The notes below the pieces were generated by a model, which was not told the origin of the DNA, searched no databases, and saw nothing but the letters and a program-made list of their open reading frames with translations. DNA of 41,194 bases, taken from Fonticula alba ATCC 38817 (taxonomy: Eukaryota; Protista; Nucleariida). This document shows, one piece after another, positions 36,135-41,194 of the stretch (position 1 is the stretch's first letter; each line of letters opens with the position of its first letter). A program made the translations under genes and the position numbers. The stretch lies in assembly GCA_000388065.2 (NCBI GenBank), contig KB932206.1. One strand, given 5' to 3'.

Positions 36135-36845
36135 GCTTGCAGGGCCGCACTTTCGTGTGTCTTTTGTGTATTTCTTTCCCTGGTCCCTCTTTTGTGTGTC
36201 GGTTTTCTTCCATGTCTTTTTCCATCTTCCGAGCCTTCTGTGCATTTTCCCTCTTCTGCCCCCTCCCCGCCTGTCGCCCGCCCTTTGCATCGCCTTGCGC
36301 CTTCCCCTGCGGCCCTCCTGCCTCCCCCGGCTCCTGTGCCCTCCCCGTGGCCTGTGTTCCTTTCATTGTCGCCCCACACACGTGTCCTTGCCATCTCCCA
36401 TGCTCGGGACTCCCATGTGCACCTTTGCCCTCGCTGCTCCTTGTGCGTGCCGTTTGGGGTGACCTTGTTGTGCCTGCCCGGGATGCCCCCCCGGATGCCC
36501 GACCGCGCGAGTGACAACACGGATTTTATTTTTGCCCAAAGTGCATGAGAGGCCCCGCGCCCGGGTCTCTGGTACTTTTCCTGCCCGCCCTCCCTGCACA
36601 TGCGCCACAGACATGTACATGCGCAGAGTCACGCGCAATCCACCATATGTACCTGCTCTCGTTTTCGCCCCGGTTCGCACAACAATATGCAAGAGAGAGA
36701 GAGAGAGAGAGAGCGAGGAAGAGAGAAAGACAGAGACACGGGGCGCGTCGCGCCACACGGGCGGAGAGAGCAGAGAGAAGGGGAAGGCGCGAGAGAAAGA
36801 GAGAAAGAGAGACCGGGAGAGGGAGGGGGAGGCCCCGCGCGCATG

Positions 36846-39538
36846 TCACGCCCACAGGCAGGCACTGACCCCGGCCACGAAGGCCGCGCCGGACCAGTAG
36901 CCCACCGCGCGAAGCAGGTCCGCCGGGAGCCCCGGGTGCGCCGGGCCGATGAAGGTCAGCTTCAGCAGCGCCGTCAGGCCGAAGCGCATGCTGGCCAGGC
37001 ACAGGAACCCCAGGAAGATCCAGGCCACCAGCGGCAGGACCGACCCGGGCACCGGCTTCAGGGGGTACACACGGGAGACGCCGGCCCGGTCGCACGCCAG
37101 CGTGCCGTCGGCCGGGCGACTGTCCATGGCGGCCAGGAGCGAGTCCTCGTAGCGACAGTAGCAGGCACTTTTGGCCGCCGGGGCGGGCGCCGCCGCCGCC
37201 GCCGGCCGCGGGGAGGCCGGGCTCAGGGGGACGGCATCGGCCGCCGGGAAGAAGGCCCCGAAGGAAGACAGCCGGCTCAGCAGCAGGGCCTTCCGCCGGA
37301 AGATGGTCTCCAGCCAGAATTCCAGCCGCGGGGCCGGGGCGTCGATGGCCCCGGCCTCGGTCAAATCCGAGTACCGGGCCCGGGCGGCGGCCGTGGTCAG
37401 ATCCGGCACCGGGCCGAAGGGGACCCGCGCGGCCGAGTGCACACGCAGGTCCATGTGAATGCGCCGGCGCATGGGGCCCGGCTGGGGGTCCACCACGAGG
37501 TTGGTGAAGCTGGGGGGCTCGTCCTGGACGGCCGGCCCGCCGGCCGCCAGGCGCCGCAGGGCCGCCTGGCCGTTGCGATTGCCCCGGGCATCCGGCCGGG
37601 CCCCGGTGGCGGCCGACTCGTCGGCGAAGAAGCGCAGCATGCGCCGGTCGCGCATGCTGGCCGGCGCCCAGCCATGGAACACCTCCTCATCCATGCACTG
37701 GTATCCGAGGGTCACGTCGATGACCGTGGGGCAGGCGCTGCCCGGGCCGGCCAGGCTGCGCAGGACGGCCGCCGCGCCGCGCACCCGCGGGTACAGGACC
37801 TGCTCCATGCGGTGGGCCTGGAGGAAGGCCTGCCGCGAGGGGAGGCTGGCCGGGGCGAAGTGGCACCGGTCGCAGGTGGCCCGGTAGCAGGCGGCCAGCT
37901 GGGCCAGGGCGGCGGCGGTGTCGGTGTCGGTGTCGGTGTTGGTGTCGGCGGCGGCGGCGGCGGCGGCAAGGGTCGGGGGGGTGACGGCCGGCTGCTCCGG
38001 CTTCAGGGGGGGGGAGGGCTTTTTGAGCAGGTCCACCGCCAGCAGCGCATGATCATGGTGCCGGTGGTGGTGGGAGAGGAGGGACTGCTCGTCGGCGGTT
38101 TCCTCGCCGCTGGAGGCGGACTCCGAGTCCGACGACGAGGAGCAGCACGAGTCCAGGGAGCTGACCGAGTGCGTGTCGGTGGGCGTGTCGGTGGGCGTGT
38201 CGGTGGGCGAGTCGGTGGGCGTGTCGGTGGGCGAGCCGGCGGCGGCGTTGGGGGGCAGCCCGACCGGGGCGTGGCCCGGGGCCGGCTGGCTGTCCGGCTG
38301 GCTGTCCGGCAGTCCGAGCGCCTCGGCCAGCTCCAGGTACCGCTTCTCGGAGAAGGCGTCCGACCGGCTGCGCGTGCCGGGGGAGGGGATTGTCCCCTCG
38401 GGGAAGAGGATGACCGTCATGGGGGCGTCGTCCACCTGGGACAGGTGCCGCAGGTAGCGCAGCTGCCGGACCAGCGGCAGCCGGTCCTCGAGCCAGTTGC
38501 GCTTGAGGAAGATGAAGCGGAAGATTTGCATTCCCTGGGGATGGTTGGGCATTTCCCACGCGTGCGTCCATGGATGGCATTTGGCAGTGGGTGCTCCTTT
38601 GTTAGCGCCGGTCGGCGAAGGGGAGCGGGCGGCATGTGTGCGGCATGTGTGCGGCATGTGTGCGGCTGTGAGGGGGGAGATGAGGGAGGGGGGGGGGGTC
38701 CTGCGCGCGCGCGCGCTTCCCGCACGCACCCAGCCGAACACCGGGATGTGCTGCAGGGAGGCCTTCAGCAGGATGACAAAGGCGCCGGCCATGGGGGCCG
38801 GCCGGCCGGACAGGGCATCGCGCCATGTCCGTCGGATGCCGGCGGCGGCGGCCCGCTGGCGGGCCTCAATCTGGAGCTCGTGGTTCCGGTGGTGGGCCAG
38901 GGTCCAGAGGAACCACCAGTCGGCGGTGGTCTGGTGGTTGGCCAGGAGGACGGAGTTGTCGCGGAAGAGGCTACACGCGAATGCGTGTGCATTGGACGGT
39001 GGTGGTGGTAATGATAGCGAGGTCAGTCCCTGCGTGCGTGTGTGCGTGCGTGTGTGCGTGTGATGGATGCATCCCGCGCGCCATGTGCACCGCGTGCAGG
39101 GCCGGGGTGGCGGGAAGAGGAAGGAGAGCGGCGGGGAGGCAGGTCGGCCGCCGGGCAGACGACGCACCGGTCGAGGTCCCCGGTAACCACCAGCTCCCCG
39201 GGGCCGAGGCAGTAATGCAGCAACGTCAGCAGCGTGGCCCAGTGGCACTGGAGCAGAGCCATGTACCGGCGGACGGCGCGCGTGCGGCCAAGCATGCCGG
39301 TGGCGCGGGCCGCGCCGGCGGCCGGCTTGCCATCGGCGTCCAGCTCGGCCGGGTGCTCGGTGAGCGAGCCATCCGGCCAGCCCAGGGGCGCGGTCCAGAG
39401 GCCAAGATACCCGACCAGCTGGAACCACGGCTGCAGCACCAGGATCCCGGCGCACATGGGGGTGCTGCAGAGGACCAGCACCAGCAGGAAGACCGCGCGC
39501 ATGGCCATCCGACGGAGGGCCAGCAGGCGTGCGTGCAT
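36846..39538 (-). CDS. PlsC-family lysophospholipid acyltransferase (LCLAT1/AGPAT/CST26-like), multi-exon, with large insertions
   Basis: N-terminal hydrophobic helix; NHQTTADWWFLW (HxxxxD); LKASLQHIPVFGW|GMQIFRFIFLKRNW; VILFPEGT; VLYPRVRG; VIDVTLGY; IHMDLRVH; C-terminal hydrophobic helices. Start is tentative because a gap lies upstream. Confidence 0.88.
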
Positions 39539-40305
39539 GCCGCCCCCGGCCGGCCGGCTTGGTGCCGGGGGGCGGCCAGGTGCAACCGACGTGTCGACGC
39601 GCAGAGGCGCCGGGGCGCCAGGTCGCCGGGCTCCGGGCGACGGCATACTGCGAGAGGGGGGGCGTGGGGGGNNNNNNNNNNNNNNNNNNNNNNNNNNNNN
39701 NNNNNNNNNNNNNNNNNNNNNNNNNNNNNNNNNNNNNNNNNNNNNNNNNNNNNNNNNNNNNNNNNNNNNNNNNNNNNNNNNNNNNNNNNNNNNNNNNNNN
39801 NNNNNNNNNNNNNNNNNNNNNNNNNNNNNNNNNNNNNNNNNNNNNNNNNNNNNNNNNNNNNNNNNNNNNNNNNNNNNNNNNNNNNNNNNNNNNNNNNNNN
39901 NNNNNNNNNNNNNNNNNNNNNNNNNNNNNNNNNNNNNNNNNNNNNNNNNNNNNNNNNNNNNNNNNNNNNNNNNNNNNNNNNNNNNNNNNNNNNNNNNNNN
40001 NNNNNNNNNNNNNNNGGGGGAGGGCCCACCGGTGGTGGCTCCCCCCCGTTGGCCACCTTGCAGGTGCGCGCACCCGCGAGCACAAAGGGGGGGGGATGGG
40101 CGCCGGGCGGAGCGAACGCACACGCGCCAGGGGAACACGGTGATCGGGCGCGCCCTGGGGGCCAGGGCGCACAGCCCGGTGAGACCGCCGGCCCCCGGCG
40201 CATGTGGGAGAGTTCGCCCGGGCCGCCGGCCGGGGGGGGGCATCTGGCCGGGGCCGGCCGGGCGTCCGCAGATTGGGCTGCCGAAGGCAAGTGGGCGCAC
40301 ACGGG

Positions 40306-40416
40306 CCGGCAGACAAGCTGGCAGACAAGCCGGCAGACAAGCCGGCAGACAAGCCGGCAGACAAGCCGGGCGACAAGCCGGGCGACAAGCCGGGCGACAA
40401 GCCGGGCGACAAGCCG
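40306..40416. repeat. About 9 x 12-bp tandem array (GACAAGCCGGCA grading to GACAAGCCGGGC)
   Basis: Visible directly; contiguous units with no spacers. Confidence 0.9.
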
Positions 40417-41194
40417 CGAGCGGCCCGCACGCTGGGGGGGGGGGGGGGGCCGGGCCGGCCGGCCGCCGACCGCCCCCCCGGCCAGCTCACGATTTCACAC
40501 CGGCGCCCCTCCGCCCCTGTGGCGTGGCACGGGCGCAAGCGCGCGCCCCCCCCCCCTCTCCCCTGTCCGCGCGCGGCCAGTGTGCGGCCGCGCCGCGAGG
40601 CCCGCAACTTATCTTCCCCCGCCCGGGCCGTCCCCCAGGGAACGCGCTTTTGGGGCGCCCGGCACGCACGCACGCACATTAGACCGCGACATTCACGCCT
40701 CTCGACGGCGCCCGGGAGAGCGGCGAGGGGGGGCTGGCCTCCGGCCGCGTCACCGTAAAGGTCCCTTGCCGAAGTGTCGCGCCGACGGCCGGCGGGCATT
40801 TTCACGAGCGCCCAGGGTCGCGAGCGCGCCCGCGTCCGGCGGGGGGCGGGGCGGCCGGGGGGGGGGGGGGGGGGGGGGCCACACACGGCCCGAGGACGCA
40901 GGGCACACCTATCTCACGCCCGGGGGCGGCTCGCCGGCGCGCGATACGCCCGGGGAGATCCCGGCGCATGGGTGTGAGGGCATGCGCGCGACTCCGGGGC
41001 CGGGGCGCCGGAGCCCGGCCCCGGAGGGAGAGAGAGAGAGAGAGATAGCACGGGACCGGGGGCGGCGGCGCCGCCGCGCCGGCGGGCTATCTTCGCCCGG
41101 CTTCTGCGCGGGCGTCTTGTTTTTGTTTTCGTCCCGCTCGCCTTCGGCGCGCATACAAACACGGGAGAAGGGCCCCGGGGGGCCGGGCGCGGGG

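Noticed and set aside
35574-36228. Direct repeats as target-site duplications or a mobile element
   Set aside because: Each pair brackets an Illumina adapter sequence, so they are assembly artefacts
32-41162. Numerous long Pro/Arg/Gly/Ala-rich ORFs in the six-frame track (e.g. 5204-8143, 13146-15113, 36600-39011)
   Set aside because: Expected shadow frames in very GC-rich DNA; many run through N-gaps or microsatellites, or lie antisense to motif-supported genes

Overview
Very GC-rich, intron-containing eukaryotic draft scaffold with N-gaps, microsatellite-filled introns and spliceosomal GT-AG introns. The style suggests an opisthokont protist such as Fonticula, but this is unverified inference. 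Contents in order: two tandem, highly diverged paralogues (245-6255 and 8496-~12941, minus) that appear to be arrays of CDC48/p97/PEX6 N-domain-like modules with no AAA ATPase; an inverted tRNA quartet (Gly-GCC+, Leu-AAG-, Leu-AAG+, Gly-GCC-); an AlaX/AARSD1 tRNA-editing gene; a GMP synthase whose glutaminase domain has lost its catalytic residues; a TTLL-family tubulin glutamylase; ATP12; DNAJC21/Jjj1; an intronless orphan with about six bacterial-like helix-turn-helix motifs; two Illumina adapter remnants that create false duplications; and an LCLAT1/CST26-like acyltransferase with large insertions. Most long ORFs in the supplied track are GC-driven shadow frames. Exon boundaries were inferred by eye and family assignments rest on motifs recalled from memory, not on database searches.
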